Shown here: one piece after another, positions 39,515-49,559 of the stretch
Position numbering within the stretch: position 1 is the stretch's first letter
How the letters are laid out: every line of letters begins with the position of its first letter
DNA from: Candidatus Saccharibacteria bacterium RIFCSPHIGHO2_12_FULL_47_16b
GTDB lineage: Bacteria > Patescibacteriota > Saccharimonadia > Saccharimonadales > UBA10212
NCBI GenBank assembly: GCA_001790525.1
Contig: MGCU01000023.1
Coordinates: 5,659-69,658 of the forward strand
Length of the DNA: 64,000 nt
Reading direction: 5' to 3'
Position numbers and translations under genes: made by a program
The notes under the pieces: generated by a model
Told to the model about the DNA's origin: nothing
Database searches by the model: none
What the model saw: only the letters and a program-made list of their open reading frames with translations

Positions 39515-41038
39515 TTACTTTCGGCGGAAACGAGGCAAACGGGGTCTTGGGATAAAGCGCAGGCGCTTGGCGGCTGTTCCAGGTGGGTAGCTTTCTTCAT
39601 AAAAGTAATCGGGCTGTTCGTATTGATCATAGGTTATCATCAGGGCTCTTGATTCAATTTGACGTAAGGTCTCAAGTGAAACTGATACCAAAATCAGAAT
39701 GCTGGTACCGCCAATAGCTATACTTTGGGTTAAATAGATTTGAGCGATAATTGGCATAACTGCCAAAATGCCTAGAGCGATGGCACCAAACAAAGTCAGG
39801 CGGTTTACAATTTTGCTTAAGTATTTTTCGGTTTGTTTACCAGATCGGACGTTGGCAATAAAACCGCCTTGCTTTTGCAGATTTTCGGCGATCTCTTTAG
39901 AGTTGAAGGTCACGCTAGTATAAAAATAAGTGAAAACAAAAACTAGCAAGAAATAGGTCGCCGGATAAACCCAAGGCTTCCAGCCGCCGGCGGCAAAAGT
40001 AGCCGCGGTGGGGTTTTGAAATAGTTCTGATAAACGAACGCCTAGCTGTTCCCAGCCAGTTTGAGCGGCGTAGGCTACGCCTTGGCCGCGAGTTAAAAGT
40101 TGGCCGGCAAAGCTTGGTACACTCAAAAAAGCTACAGCAAAAATTATCGGGATAACGCCGGCCGTAATTAATTTTACGGGCAAGGTGGTAGTTACTCCGC
40201 CATATGCCCGACTGCCTTGGACTCTTTTGGCGTAATTGACTGTTAGTCGCCGCGAGGCTTCATTTAGTTTCACCACCGCCCAAGTTACAAAAACAGTTGC
40301 TAGCGCTGTTAAACTGATGATTATCAGCCCCCGGCGGCTGAAATTGTGGTTAAAAAGGGTTACTTTGTCGGCCGTCAGATTGTTAGTCCAAGTCGTGACG
40401 CCAGCTAGTTCGGAAATAAAAGTCGGCAGCCGACTGACAATGCCAACAGTTATTAAAAGCGAAATGCCATTACCAATCGAGCGTTCGGTAATAAGTTCGC
40501 CTAACCACATCAGGACCATTGAGCCGCCGGTTAGAGCGGCAATCATCAAAAACCATTCGCCGCCCGAAGCATTAGCGGTTATATCACCGAGTCCGCCGAT
40601 AGCTGAAGCTTGTTGCCTAATAAGGTAGATTAGGCCGATTGACTGAACTATGGCTAAGGGAAAGGTAAGCATCCTGGTATATTGATTGATTTTTTTGCGG
40701 CCAAATTCGCCTTCTTTGTTCATGGCTTCAAACTTTGGAATAGCCCGTGTCAGTAGCTGCATGATAATTGAGGCATTAATGTAGGGGGCCAGCCCGACCA
40801 GCATAATTGAAAAATTAGCTAGCGCCCCGCCGGACAAAACGTTCAAAAAGCCAAGCAGTTGATTAGAGTTAGTTTGGGTATAGAGGTTCTCTAGAACTTG
40901 CTTGAGGGTTTCGGGATCAGATAAAGGTACCGGGATATGGGCTAAAATTCTAAAAACCAAAAGCATGCCCAGTACGGCCAAAATTCGCTTGCGCATTTCC
41001 GTGTGACCGAGCGATTTAAATATCAGCTTCCAATTCAA
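39515..41038 (-). CDS. secY: Preprotein translocase SecY
   Basis: PYINASIIMQLL, GNGISL, AGVIPIIFA, GGTSILI. Confidence 0.97.
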   Translation of the reverse strand: MNWKLIFKSLGHTEMRKRILAVLGMLLVFRILAHIPVPLSDPETLKQVLENLYTQTNSNQLLGFLNVLSGGALANFSIMLVGLAPYINASIIMQLLTRAIPKFEAMNKEGEFGRKKINQYTRMLTFPLAIVQSIGLIYLIRQQASAIGGLGDITANASGGEWFLMIAALTGGSMVLMWLGELITERSIGNGISLLITVGIVSRLPTFISELAGVTTWTNNLTADKVTLFNHNFSRRGLIIISLTALATVFVTWAVVKLNEASRRLTVNYAKRVQGSRAYGGVTTTLPVKLITAGVIPIIFAVAFLSVPSFAGQLLTRGQGVAYAAQTGWEQLGVRLSELFQNPTAATFAAGGWKPWVYPATYFLLVFVFTYFYTSVTFNSKEIAENLQKQGGFIANVRSGKQTEKYLSKIVNRLTLFGAIALGILAVMPIIAQIYLTQSIAIGGTSILILVSVSLETLRQIESRALMITYDQYEQPDYFYEESYPPGTAAKRLRFIPRPRLPRFRRK

Positions 41039-41088
41039 AACAGACTTACCCTCTCAATTTTTAATAGTATAGCAGGCGCCTTTACTTT

Positions 41089-41553
41089 TTAAGCCTTGGT
41101 TTTAGGGCGGGCCTGACGTTCAATCTTTGTAAAGCTGCCGCCGGCTTTTTTAACAGCCGCTATCGCTGCCTGACTAGCCGATTGTAGCTTTACTTCTTTT
41201 TTCGAACTAAAATCTCCTTTAACAACCAGCTTAACCTTGGTGTACGGGCTCTCAACCAATCCGACGTCAAATAAGGCTTGATTATCAATTGTCGGCTTTT
41301 TAACGAGCGGAAGTTGAGAGGTATAGACGGTTTCGGTCTTTGGCCGGTGGCTGGTAAAACCACGCAGATGGGGCAAGCGCATATAAATTGGCATTTGACC
41401 ACCTTCAAAGCCGGGTCGAACTCCGCCGCTTTTTCGGGCGCCCTGGCCCTTGGTGCCGCGTCCGGCAGTTTTGCCTCCACCGGCACTTATACCCCGGCCG
41501 ACCCGCTTAGCAGATTTTAGTCGCTTGGTTTTTAACTCGTGGTACTTGGTCAT
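41089..41553 (-). CDS. rplO: 50S ribosomal protein L15
   Basis: RVGRG, GRGTKGQ, FEGGQ. Confidence 0.96.
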   Translation of the reverse strand: MTKYHELKTKRLKSAKRVGRGISAGGGKTAGRGTKGQGARKSGGVRPGFEGGQMPIYMRLPHLRGFTSHRPKTETVYTSQLPLVKKPTIDNQALFDVGLVESPYTKVKLVVKGDFSSKKEVKLQSASQAAIAAVKKAGGSFTKIERQARPKTKA

Positions 41554-42095
41554 CTAACTGTCCTCTTCTTGGATTTGCTTGACGGCGTCTTAGCGGGTTG
41601 ATTTTTACGTGTCACCCAACTGCTTGGAGCAGTCATAGAAGTTAAAGCAGCAATTGTGGCATAAGCCATATTAACTTTGTTGTTTCTACCTAAAGATTTA
41701 CTTAGGGCATTTTCATAGCCGGCCACCTCCAGCAGGGTTCTGATCACACCGCCGGCAATCAAACCAGTCCCAGGCGATGCCGGCTTGATTAGGATATGCG
41801 AACCACTAACCTTAGCTTCTACTTCATGGGTCAGAGTACCGTTTCTAATTGGTAATTTAACCATGTCTTTTTTAGCGACATTAGTGGCTTTGGTAATAGC
41901 GGCAGTAACATCTGCGCCTTTACTCACACCCATACCAACTTGCCCCCCGTGATCACCAACAACAACTAAGGCTTGAAAACGAAAGCGGCGCCCGCCTTTG
42001 ACTACTCGAGCTACCCGATTAACAAACAAAACTCTCTCATCAAAAGTTTTGTCATCTGACGGTAAAGTTGTAGGACCGATTCTTTTATTAATCAT
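41550..42095 (-). CDS. rpsE: 30S ribosomal protein S5
   Basis: [22 protein letters not shown]. Confidence 0.96.
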   Translation of the reverse strand: MINKRIGPTTLPSDDKTFDERVLFVNRVARVVKGGRRFRFQALVVVGDHGGQVGMGVSKGADVTAAITKATNVAKKDMVKLPIRNGTLTHEVEAKVSGSHILIKPASPGTGLIAGGVIRTLLEVAGYENALSKSLGRNNKVNMAYATIAALTSMTAPSSWVTRKNQPAKTPSSKSKKRTVR

Positions 42096-42452
42096 CTAAA
42101 ATTCCATCCCGCCTTTGCGAGCGGCTTCGGCTAAGGCGGCTATCCGACCATGATATTTTTTAGGCCCGCGGTCAAAGACGACTTGTTTTACTTTAGCTTT
42201 CTTAGCTGCCTGGGCTAATTGCTCACCAACCCAGCTGGCTTTAGCAGTTAGATTAACAGACGGGCCGGACTTAGTCACTGATGTTACATAGACTATTGTT
42301 TGACCGCTATTATCATCAATTATTTGAGCCAACACCTGGCGATTACTAATATGAACGCTTAACCTAGGCAATTTGCCAGTTGTTTTTAGCTGGCTGCGGA
42401 CGCGATACGTCCGACGATTAGCAGTTCTGATTTTATGGACTAATCTGGTCAT
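42096..42452 (-). CDS. rplR: 50S ribosomal protein L18
   Basis: PRLSV, AQIIDD, VFDRG..YHGR. Confidence 0.95.
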   Translation of the reverse strand: MTRLVHKIRTANRRTYRVRSQLKTTGKLPRLSVHISNRQVLAQIIDDNSGQTIVYVTSVTKSGPSVNLTAKASWVGEQLAQAAKKAKVKQVVFDRGPKKYHGRIAALAEAARKGGMEF

Positions 42453-42454
42453 GG

Positions 42455-43003
42455 TTACGCCGCTGTTGCCTCCTTGCCGCTCTTACCACTTTTACGGATA
42501 ATCTGTTCACCCTCGTAGCTTATTCCCTTGCCTTTGTATGGTTCAGGCTTTTTAAAGGCTCGAATCTCGGCCGCCACCTGACCCACTTTTTGCTTGTCGG
42601 CGCCGCTGACGGTAATAATATTTTGATCAACAGATAGACTTACACCCTCCGGAATTTTATAAATAACATCATGTGATAAGCCTAGGTTCATTTTAAGGTC
42701 AGTGCCTGATAATTGGCTACGGTAACCAACTCCACTTAATTCAAGTTTTATGTCATAACCTTGGCTGACGCCGGCAATCATATTTTTAAGTAGCGAACGC
42801 ATGAGACCGTGCTTGGCTCTGGTAATCGCTGTCTCATTTTGGCGATTAACTTGCAATTGATTATCCTTAACCGTTACTGTTATGTCGGCCAGCTTGGCTT
42901 GCTTAAGTTTACCTTTTAGTCCTTCAATATAAATAAAGTCTTTATCTACGATTACAGACACGCCAGGCGGTACAGCAATTGGTTGTTTACCGATACGACT
43001 CAC
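42455..43003 (-). CDS. rplF: 50S ribosomal protein L6
   Basis: MSRIGK from GTG 43003; PEPYKGKGI. Confidence 0.96.
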   Translation of the reverse strand: MSRIGKQPIAVPPGVSVIVDKDFIYIEGLKGKLKQAKLADITVTVKDNQLQVNRQNETAITRAKHGLMRSLLKNMIAGVSQGYDIKLELSGVGYRSQLSGTDLKMNLGLSHDVIYKIPEGVSLSVDQNIITVSGADKQKVGQVAAEIRAFKKPEPYKGKGISYEGEQIIRKSGKSGKEATAA

Positions 43004-43239
43004 AGAAGGCACCTCCGGTGCTCAATTATCAATTCACAATTATCCCCACACCAAAAACTTGAAGCTCCATAATCTGATTGCAGACTACTCCGCTCAGGTT
43101 TTGGTGCAGGGTAAGCAATGCTCAATGAATTATCAATTAGCAATTTGCAACTACTGGCTGCAGTTTGTTTGATAAATGACAAATGAGAAATTAATGGTAA
43201 ATGGTAAATGGTAAATGGTAAATGGAATGATGGAGTCAT
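43000..43239 (-). other. Bridge mini-ORF 12 (rpsH to rplF), 79 aa, with nested 72-bp element
   Basis: MTPSFHLPFTIYHLP...CELIIEHRRCLL*; GTGA overlap. Confidence 0.78.
43045..43116 (-). mobile_element. 72-bp element, copy 2
   Basis: 24-codon insert relative to homologous bridge 2. Confidence 0.75.
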
Positions 43240-43241
43240 GA

Positions 43242-43631
43242 CTAGTAGACCTCGCAAATTAATTCGCCGCCAATACCCTTTTTTCTAGCAGCCAAGCCGC
43301 TCATGATGCCTTGGGAAGTTGATAAAACTACTATACCGCGGCCAGCTTTGATGCTTGGAATCTCCGAGGCTTTAACATAATGGCGCCGGCCTGGGCGACT
43401 GACTCGTTTAAGTTCTGTTATAAGCGGCGACTGATCTAGTCCGTAAAGGAGAATTTGCAACTCTTTTCGATCATCCACTTGATTTGCCTTAACACTCGCC
43501 AAAAAGCCACTTTGTACTAAAACTTGAGCTACATCGTGCTTGATTTTTGAATGTGGCAAATTAACTTCATTTTTGCCGGTTGCCAAGGCGTTGCGAATTC
43601 GTGCTAACATATCGGCGATTGGATCAGTCAT
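43242..43631 (-). CDS. rpsH: 30S ribosomal protein S8
   Basis: TDPIADML.RIRNA, SRPGRR, GGEL. Confidence 0.96.
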   Translation of the reverse strand: MTDPIADMLARIRNALATGKNEVNLPHSKIKHDVAQVLVQSGFLASVKANQVDDRKELQILLYGLDQSPLITELKRVSRPGRRHYVKASEIPSIKAGRGIVVLSTSQGIMSGLAARKKGIGGELICEVY

Positions 43632-43723
43632 ACGCCACTCCTTTCAGTCGCTCTAGAAACTAGGAAATAGGAAATAGGAAATAGTGATTTTACTAATTTC
43701 TGATTACTAATTTCTAATTTCAT
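43628..43723 (-). other. Bridge mini-ORF 13 (rpsN to rpsH), 31 aa
   Basis: MKLEISNQKLVKSLFPISYFLVSRATERSGV*; ATGA overlap. Confidence 0.78.
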
Positions 43724-43728
43724 AATCC

Positions 43729-43998
43729 TTACCAGCTGCTTTTAGTTACACCCGGTATTTCGCCTTTGGCAGCATGTTCTCTAAAAGCAATCCGGCTTAA
43801 ACCAAACTGACGCATATAACCACGGGGCCGGCCAGTTTCAGCGCAGCGGTTTTTACGACGAGTCGGCGACGAATTACGGGGTAGTTTGGCTAAGCCAGCA
43901 TAATCACCAATAGCCTTGAGCTGGGCTCTTTTAGCAGAGTATTTTTCAATCAGTTGCAAACGCTTAGCATCGCGGGCCAGATTTGATTTTTGGGCCAT
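43729..43998 (-). CDS. rpsN: 30S ribosomal protein S14 (89-aa form)
   Basis: LPRNSSP, RC..TGRPRG, GVTKSSW. Confidence 0.96.
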   Translation of the reverse strand: MAQKSNLARDAKRLQLIEKYSAKRAQLKAIGDYAGLAKLPRNSSPTRRKNRCAETGRPRGYMRQFGLSRIAFREHAAKGEIPGVTKSSW

Positions 43999-44240
43999 CA
44001 GGCAACTCCTTCCGTCGTTGCAATTATCAATTCACAATTATCAATTTTCAACGATTTATCAAATATCAATTTACAGATTAAAGCAGAGGTTGCAGCTAGT
44101 TTGGTAAATGGTAAATGAGAAATTAATGGTAAATGCCTGCCCCGCATCAAATCCTGAGCGGAGTAGTCTGCAATCAGATTATGCAGCATCAAGATTTGGT
44201 GCCGGGGGTAAATGGTAAATGGTAAATGGAGCAATTTCAT
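43998..44240 (-). other. Bridge mini-ORF 14 (rplE to rpsN), 80 aa, with nested 72-bp element
   Basis: ATGA overlap with rplE; TGATG overlap with rpsN. Confidence 0.78.
44136..44207 (+). mobile_element. 72-bp element, copy 3 (opposite orientation to copy 2)
   Basis: 24-codon insert between TIY and HLP of the bridge. Confidence 0.75.
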
Positions 44241-44833
44241 TGCGACCTCTCCTTTTCAAACGGCATGCCTAATTTCTCCAGTAAGGCCTTGGATTGCTCA
44301 ACCGATGAGCTTGATATATTGAAGGTTATTTCCAGGCCGTGTGGTATAGCTGTATCCTCGTACGTTAATTCCGGAAAAACAGTTTGATCGGCTAGTCCGA
44401 TAGTATAATTGCCCTGGCTATCAAACGATTTGTTGCTTAAACCGTGGAAGTCACGCAAGCGAGGTAGGACTAAGTTTACCAAACGATCAGCAAATTCGTA
44501 CATTCTTTGACCGCGCAGGCTTACTTTTAGACCAATTACCACACCCTGTCGAAGTTTAAATGCCGCAATCGCTTTTTTAGATAAGGTCTTAACTGGCTTT
44601 TGCCCGCTGATTTTCATGAGCGTATTTTCCGCTACATCTATCAGCTTTTTATCGTCTTTAGCTTTACCTAGGCCGACGCTAACAATAACTTTTTCTAGCC
44701 TTGGTACCTGATGAAGACTTTTAAGTCCCAGTTGGCCCTTAAGTTCAGGCGCGTACTGCTCTTTAAACAACGAGCCTAGCCTAGCTTTATAGGCCGGAGG
44801 TGCTTTTTTAGTAGTCTGTGCTTGAGCAACCAT
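44237..44833 (-). CDS. rplE: 50S ribosomal protein L5
   Basis: VPRLEK, ISGQKP, LPRLRDFHG, FPE. Confidence 0.96.
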   Translation of the reverse strand: MVAQAQTTKKAPPAYKARLGSLFKEQYAPELKGQLGLKSLHQVPRLEKVIVSVGLGKAKDDKKLIDVAENTLMKISGQKPVKTLSKKAIAAFKLRQGVVIGLKVSLRGQRMYEFADRLVNLVLPRLRDFHGLSNKSFDSQGNYTIGLADQTVFPELTYEDTAIPHGLEITFNISSSSVEQSKALLEKLGMPFEKERSQ

Positions 44834-45150
44834 TATTTAATTTCCTTGCCGGAAGTCTTTAAGAGTCTAATCTTGCTGCCATCTTCATCGACTTTATAAG
44901 CAACCCGTGAAGCTTTTTTGGCCGATGAGTCATATAGACCGACTTTACTTACGAAAATAGGTTTGGTTAATTCAATCACTCCGCCTTGAGGTTTGGTTCG
45001 GCTTGGCTTAAAGTGTCGTTTGACTATATTAACGCCCTCAACCGTGATTTTATTCAGCTTTGGATGAACAGCCAAAACTTTACCGATATGTCCTTTATAT
45101 TTACCAGACCGAATTATCACTGCATCACCCTTCTTCAAACGAATCTTCAT
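44833..45150 (-). CDS. rplX: 50S ribosomal protein L24
   Basis: KKGD.V, GKYKG, VEGVN. Confidence 0.95.
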   Translation of the reverse strand: MKIRLKKGDAVIIRSGKYKGHIGKVLAVHPKLNKITVEGVNIVKRHFKPSRTKPQGGVIELTKPIFVSKVGLYDSSAKKASRVAYKVDEDGSKIRLLKTSGKEIK

Positions 45151-45521
45151 TACAGTACCTCCGGCGCCAGTGAAGCAATTTTAGAAAAACCCTTTCGGCG
45201 AAGCTCGCGTGGGACTGGGCCAAAAATACGAGTGCCTCTTGGCGACCGGCTATCTTCGGCTAGCAAGACAGCGGCATTATCATCAAAGCGGATTATCGAG
45301 CCGTCTTTGCGCTTAATCGGGCTGCGGGTTCTGACAATAACGGCTTTGACTACACTTTTGCGCTTGACGCCACCAGTTGGGTTGGCCGTCTTAACGCTAG
45401 CTACTATCAGGTCGCCGACGCCACCATAGCGACGACCACTGCCGCCAAGAACTCGTATACAAAGAAGCTCGCGAGCACCGCTGTTATCAGCAGCGATTAA
45501 GCGGCTCTGTTGCTGTATCAT
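45150..45521 (-). CDS. rplN: 50S ribosomal protein L14
   Basis: MIQ from ATG 45521; [19 protein letters not shown]. Confidence 0.96.
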   Translation of the reverse strand: MIQQQSRLIAADNSGARELLCIRVLGGSGRRYGGVGDLIVASVKTANPTGGVKRKSVVKAVIVRTRSPIKRKDGSIIRFDDNAAVLLAEDSRSPRGTRIFGPVPRELRRKGFSKIASLAPEVL

Positions 45522-45577
45522 AAAGCTCCTTTCTGCCGCAGTAGTGAGTAGACAGTAGTGAGTAGTAAGTAATTCAC
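45518..45577 (-). other. Bridge mini-ORF 15 (rpsQ to rplN), 19 aa
   Basis: [19 protein letters not shown]; GTGA and ATGA overlaps; CTACTCA heptamers. Confidence 0.65.
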
Positions 45578-46053
45578 TTTTTAGACTCCTTCGGTGAACT
45601 TTTTTCGGAAAGTTGGTCCTTGCTTGCTGGCTTAGCATTTTGTTTGTCTTTTACTGTCGCCTGCCTGCTGTCCACTGGTTTCTGTCCAGTCTCTTCTGGA
45701 CTCTGGACTCGGGACTCTGGACTCTTTGCCTTAAGCTTCGGTTGGGGCTGTTGCTTTTTTGTAAGTTCTTCAATTGGCACATCGGCAGTAACGTCAGTTT
45801 CTTTATAGCCAATGCGAGCTTTATCGACAATTTTTTCCAGAACAAAATGCTTACGAGCACTTAATGGTCGGCTTTCACGAATAATAACTTTATCGCCAGT
45901 TTTAGCTTCGTTCTTCTCGTCATGGGCCATAAGCTTTTTACTAACGGAATACCGCTTCTTGTAAACAGGATGCGTCTTAGCAGAAGTCACCATAACGACG
46001 ATGCTTTTATCATTCTTATCACTCACTACCATACCTAAAATTAAGCGGGCCAT
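45574..46053 (-). CDS. rpsQ: 30S ribosomal protein S17 with long C-terminal extension
   Basis: VVSDK.DK, HPVYKK, AHDE, SRPLS. Confidence 0.95.
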   Translation of the reverse strand: MARLILGMVVSDKNDKSIVVMVTSAKTHPVYKKRYSVSKKLMAHDEKNEAKTGDKVIIRESRPLSARKHFVLEKIVDKARIGYKETDVTADVPIEELTKKQQPQPKLKAKSPESRVQSPEETGQKPVDSRQATVKDKQNAKPASKDQLSEKSSPKESKK

Positions 46054-46253
46054 TACATTTTCTCCTTGGCCAATTGTTCACTCATAACCGTCATCATCCT
46101 GGCCAGATCTCTACGCTTAGTCCGGATAACCCGGACATTAGCTAACTCACCGCTATATAGGCGAAGCTTTAGTTCAGTAATTTCATCTCGAAGTTTAGCT
46201 GACTCCTTGACCAGATCGCCAGTGTCTAATTTACGAATATCAGCTATTTTCAT
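46053..46253 (-). CDS. rpmC: 50S ribosomal protein L29
   Basis: Position and RRDLAR motif. Confidence 0.92.
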   Translation of the reverse strand: MKIADIRKLDTGDLVKESAKLRDEITELKLRLYSGELANVRVIRTKRRDLARMMTVMSEQLAKEKM

Positions 46254-46669
46254 TAGGCCACCTCTTTAGCCAGAAATTCAGTTTGGACCGGTAATTTATG
46301 GCCAGCTAGGCGCATTGCCTCACGGGCGATCTCTTCGCTAACGCCATCCATTTCAAACAAAACCGTACCGGGTTTAACCTTGGCCACGAAAAACTCTGGG
46401 TTACCCTTACCGCTGCCCATCTTGACGTCTTGTGGTTTACGAGTAACTGGCGTATGCGGAAAGATACGAATCCAAATTGAGCCGCCGCGCTTGACATAGC
46501 GAGTCATGGCTTGTCTGGCAGACTCGATTTGACTGGCGCTTATCCTATCGGAGTCCAAACTGATAAGGCCGTATCGGCCATAAGCTAGCTCATTTATCGA
46601 AGTGGCTCGGCCGCCATGAATACGCCCTTTCCTTACTTTTCGGTACTTGGAACGTGATGGCATTAGCAT
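46253..46669 (-). CDS. rplP: 50S ribosomal protein L16
   Basis: MLMP from ATG 46669; WIRIFP, MGSGKG. Confidence 0.96.
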   Translation of the reverse strand: MLMPSRSKYRKVRKGRIHGGRATSINELAYGRYGLISLDSDRISASQIESARQAMTRYVKRGGSIWIRIFPHTPVTRKPQDVKMGSGKGNPEFFVAKVKPGTVLFEMDGVSEEIAREAMRLAGHKLPVQTEFLAKEVA

Positions 46670-46836
46670 ACGCACCTCCGGTGCTCAATTACCAATTCAC
46701 AATTTACATTTTTCAATAAGTTTTCATTTATCAATTTATAAATAGAAAATAAGTCTGCAGCCAGTTTGTTAAATGACAAATGCAAAATAAATGGTAAATG
46801 GTTAATGGAAAATGGAAAATGGAATGACGCAGTCAC
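46663..46836 (-). other. Bridge mini-ORF 16 (rpsC to rplP), 57 aa
   Basis: GTG overlaps rpsC TGA; MTASFHFPFSINHLP...VIEHRRCVC*; stop inside the rplP start. Confidence 0.78.
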
Positions 46837-47465
46837 GATAACTCCCCCCGATATATCCAAACCTTCACGCCAATTAGTCCAGCGCCTGGGTAAAGGGCGC
46901 TGGCTTTAGCAAAATCAACATCAGCTCTAATAGTATGAAGCGGCACGCTACCTTGAACTTCCTTCTCGCGTCGGCTCATCTCGGTACCGCCCAGTCGGCC
47001 GGAGACTTCAATCCGAACTCCTTTAGCTCCGGCGCGCATGGATGATGCCGCTGCAGCTTTGACAGCTCGCCGAAACATAATTCTTTTTTCAAGCTGATGA
47101 GCAATATTCTCAGCCACCAATTTGGCCTGCAATTCCGGTCGTTTAATCTCTTCGATGTTGACCCTAACCGGAACTTTAAAGATCTTTTCAATCGCCTGCT
47201 TTAGTTCAGTTGCGCCGGTACCGCCTCGACCTATTACTACACCAGCTTTTGCGGTCTGTAGGGTGACAGTTACAAGATTGGGCGAGCGCTCAATGTCAAT
47301 TTTACTAACAGCCGCCCGCGAGCCAAGTTTAACTTCAATCAGCTTGCGAGCAGCTAGGTCTTGCCGCAAAAACTGGGCATAATCCTTTTTAGAGGCAAAC
47401 CATTTACTGCGCCAGTCTTTAGTGAGCGGTAAACGCATGTTGATTGGGTTAACCTTCTGCCCCAT
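46833..47465 (-). CDS. rpsC: 30S ribosomal protein S3
   Basis: MGQKVNP, GVVIGRGG, GRLGG, VPLHT. Confidence 0.97.
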   Translation of the reverse strand: MGQKVNPINMRLPLTKDWRSKWFASKKDYAQFLRQDLAARKLIEVKLGSRAAVSKIDIERSPNLVTVTLQTAKAGVVIGRGGTGATELKQAIEKIFKVPVRVNIEEIKRPELQAKLVAENIAHQLEKRIMFRRAVKAAAASSMRAGAKGVRIEVSGRLGGTEMSRREKEVQGSVPLHTIRADVDFAKASALYPGAGLIGVKVWIYRGELS

Positions 47466-47587
47466 CAGACGCTCCTCCCAGTCGCTTCAAGCTCTAAACT
47501 CGAAGCTCGAAACCCTAAAATTCGGAATTTAGAACTTAGTGTTTGGGATTTGTTTAGAAATTCGGGTTTAGAAATTAGAGTTTCCAT
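47465..47587 (-). other. Bridge mini-ORF 17 (rplV to rpsC), 40 aa
   Basis: TAATG and TGATG overlaps; [15 protein letters not shown]...LEATGRSV*. Confidence 0.8.
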
Positions 47588-47967
47588 TATTTAACTTTCT
47601 TTGTATGTTCGGACGATGGCTTTTTAACAACTCTCTTTTCTCCGTCAACTAACACTTTGATGTGGCTAGTTTTATGCTGGTATGGCAAAGCTCGGCCTCG
47701 GGCCGCTGGTCGGTATCGTTTAAGACGTAAACCAGCGCCAACTGTTATTTGGCTAATGTATAGGCTATCCGGCTTGTAGTTGTGATCGTGCACGGCATTG
47801 GCTCTAGCGCTAACAATAACTTTTTTTATGGTAACGGCCGCTCGCCGAGGCGTATGCTCTAGGATGGTAATAGCGTCATTGACAGATCGGCCACGTACCA
47901 AAGAGGCCACTAGTGCGGCCTTGCGCGGACTAACTCGAGCGCTACGATATTCGGCTTTAACTGGCAT
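47587..47967 (-). CDS. rplV: 50S ribosomal protein L22
   Basis: SPRK, SARANA, PAARGRA, TSHI. Confidence 0.95.
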   Translation of the reverse strand: MPVKAEYRSARVSPRKAALVASLVRGRSVNDAITILEHTPRRAAVTIKKVIVSARANAVHDHNYKPDSLYISQITVGAGLRLKRYRPAARGRALPYQHKTSHIKVLVDGEKRVVKKPSSEHTKKVK

Positions 47968-48376
47968 CGGTTTGGCCTTCCTCTGGTTGAGCTGTTACAC
48001 CTTCGGCTGATTCTTCCTTAGCCGCCTCCGGTTTGGCAGCTTCAGCTTTACCGGTTTTACCAGCCTCGGTAGCTGGTGCAGCTGTCTTCATCGCTTCGGC
48101 TTCTTCTAGGCTCTTGGCTAGTTTGCCGCCGTGAACCTTAAACTTTCGAGTTGGGGCAAATTCACCTAGCTTGTGACCGACCATATTTTCTGTAATAAAG
48201 ACCGGTATATGGACTTTGCCATTATGTACGGCAATAGTTCGCCCAACGAATTCCGGCGGAATCGATGAAGCTCGAGCCCAGGTTTTGACAGCTGTTCGGT
48301 CGTCGGCCGACATAGCGGCTATCTTTTTGGCCAGCTTAAAATCAATAAACGGCCCTTTTTTGAGCGATCTACCCAT
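47957..48376 (-). CDS. rpsS: 30S ribosomal protein S19 with C-terminal extension
   Basis: [23 protein letters not shown]. Confidence 0.96.
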   Translation of the reverse strand: MGRSLKKGPFIDFKLAKKIAAMSADDRTAVKTWARASSIPPEFVGRTIAVHNGKVHIPVFITENMVGHKLGEFAPTRKFKVHGGKLAKSLEEAEAMKTAAPATEAGKTGKAEAAKPEAAKEESAEGVTAQPEEGQTDAS

Positions 48377-49213
48377 TTATTTTCTCCTGCCTTCGTGCCG
48401 CGCCCGGATGATGTACTTGTCCGTCGTTTTACGGCGCCGAGTTTTATAACCTAGTGTCTTTTGACCCCACGGCGTTGTCGGTGGTCTAGCCATTTTATGA
48501 CGACCGCCATCTCCACCACCATGCGGATGATCGGCTGCCGCCATAACTACACCTCTGACTGTTGGTCGAATGCCCCTGCGTCTGGTTCGACCGGCCTTGC
48601 CAACTTGAACATTTTGTTGCTGCTCATTGCCGACTGGTCCAATCGAAGCCATTGCTTCAGCTTGGAAAAGGCGTATTTCGCCGCTTGGTAAGCGGACCTG
48701 GGCAGATTTACCATCTTTGGCTAGTAGTTGAGCGGCAGTGCCGGCACCACGAGCTACTTGCGCACCGTGGCCAGGTGTAAGTTCTATGGCGTGGATAGTC
48801 GTGCCAGTCGGGATATTCTTAAGCGGTAATCGGTTGCCTCGGCTAATTGGCACTTCTTCATCAACTTTTACCTGTCGGCCAACCCGCATGCCTTTGCTGG
48901 CGATAATATAGTGGTAGTTGCCAGCTTGATCTTTTAGGCGGGCGATTTGGGCGCTCCGGTTAGGGTCGTATTCTATCTGTTCAACTGTGGCAACACTGCC
49001 GCGTGGTAGCTTAAAATTCACTTGTCGCCAAAACCGTTTGGCGCCACCACCACGGTGACGTGTGGTGATACGACCGCGGTTATTGCGAGCAACCGACGCT
49101 CGTTTTACTCTGACTAGACTCTTGAGCGGTTTTTTAGTCGTAATTTCCGAAAAATCGGGCGAGCTCATCCCACGTTGGGAGGGAGTAGTTGGCTTATATT
49201 CTCTAATAGCCAT
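48377..49213 (-). CDS. rplB: 50S ribosomal protein L2
   Basis: EYDPNRSA, RLPSGE, DHPHGGG; ATG 49213. Confidence 0.96.
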   Translation of the reverse strand: MAIREYKPTTPSQRGMSSPDFSEITTKKPLKSLVRVKRASVARNNRGRITTRHRGGGAKRFWRQVNFKLPRGSVATVEQIEYDPNRSAQIARLKDQAGNYHYIIASKGMRVGRQVKVDEEVPISRGNRLPLKNIPTGTTIHAIELTPGHGAQVARGAGTAAQLLAKDGKSAQVRLPSGEIRLFQAEAMASIGPVGNEQQQNVQVGKAGRTRRRGIRPTVRGVVMAAADHPHGGGDGGRHKMARPPTTPWGQKTLGYKTRRRKTTDKYIIRARHEGRRK

Positions 49214-49214
49214 C

Positions 49215-49559
49215 TTATAGAACCTTTCTGTCACTCTTTTTAACTTCTATATCTGATTTTTCAGTCTCCGTAAAAAACGGTAAACTCTGGCCGCTTTGCA
49301 AAGTTACATAAGCCTTCTTGTATGGTTTGTGATGAACCCTAATAAAGCGACCACGTTTCCGATAAAATCTTAACGGCTTAGCTGACGAAGCAGCTAGTCG
49401 GACAGTGCTAATCTCAACCTTATATTGTTTTGCAACCATATCAGCAACTTGTTGTCGGCTGGCATTTTTTGGGACAACAAAGATATAGGTATTTAGCTCC
49501 TGACTCTGCCGATAAGCCTTTTCGCTCATCTGTGGTTTGATAATTATCGCCGCCTTCAT
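49215..49559 (-). CDS. rplW: 50S ribosomal protein L23
   Basis: SEKA, KKAYVTL; position in operon. Confidence 0.92.
   Translation of the reverse strand: MKAAIIIKPQMSEKAYRQSQELNTYIFVVPKNASRQQVADMVAKQYKVEISTVRLAASSAKPLRFYRKRGRFIRVHHKPYKKAYVTLQSGQSLPFFTETEKSDIEVKKSDRKVL

Noticed and set aside
41540-41560. Missing rpmD (L30) as a novelty
   Set aside because: Known trait of CPR bacteria; used only as a taxonomic clue.
45522-45638. Long N-terminal extensions predicted for rplN, rpsL, rpsJ, rpsD and dnaB
   Set aside because: Artefacts of longest-ORF calling; canonical starts lie downstream, in most cases at the bridge stop codons.
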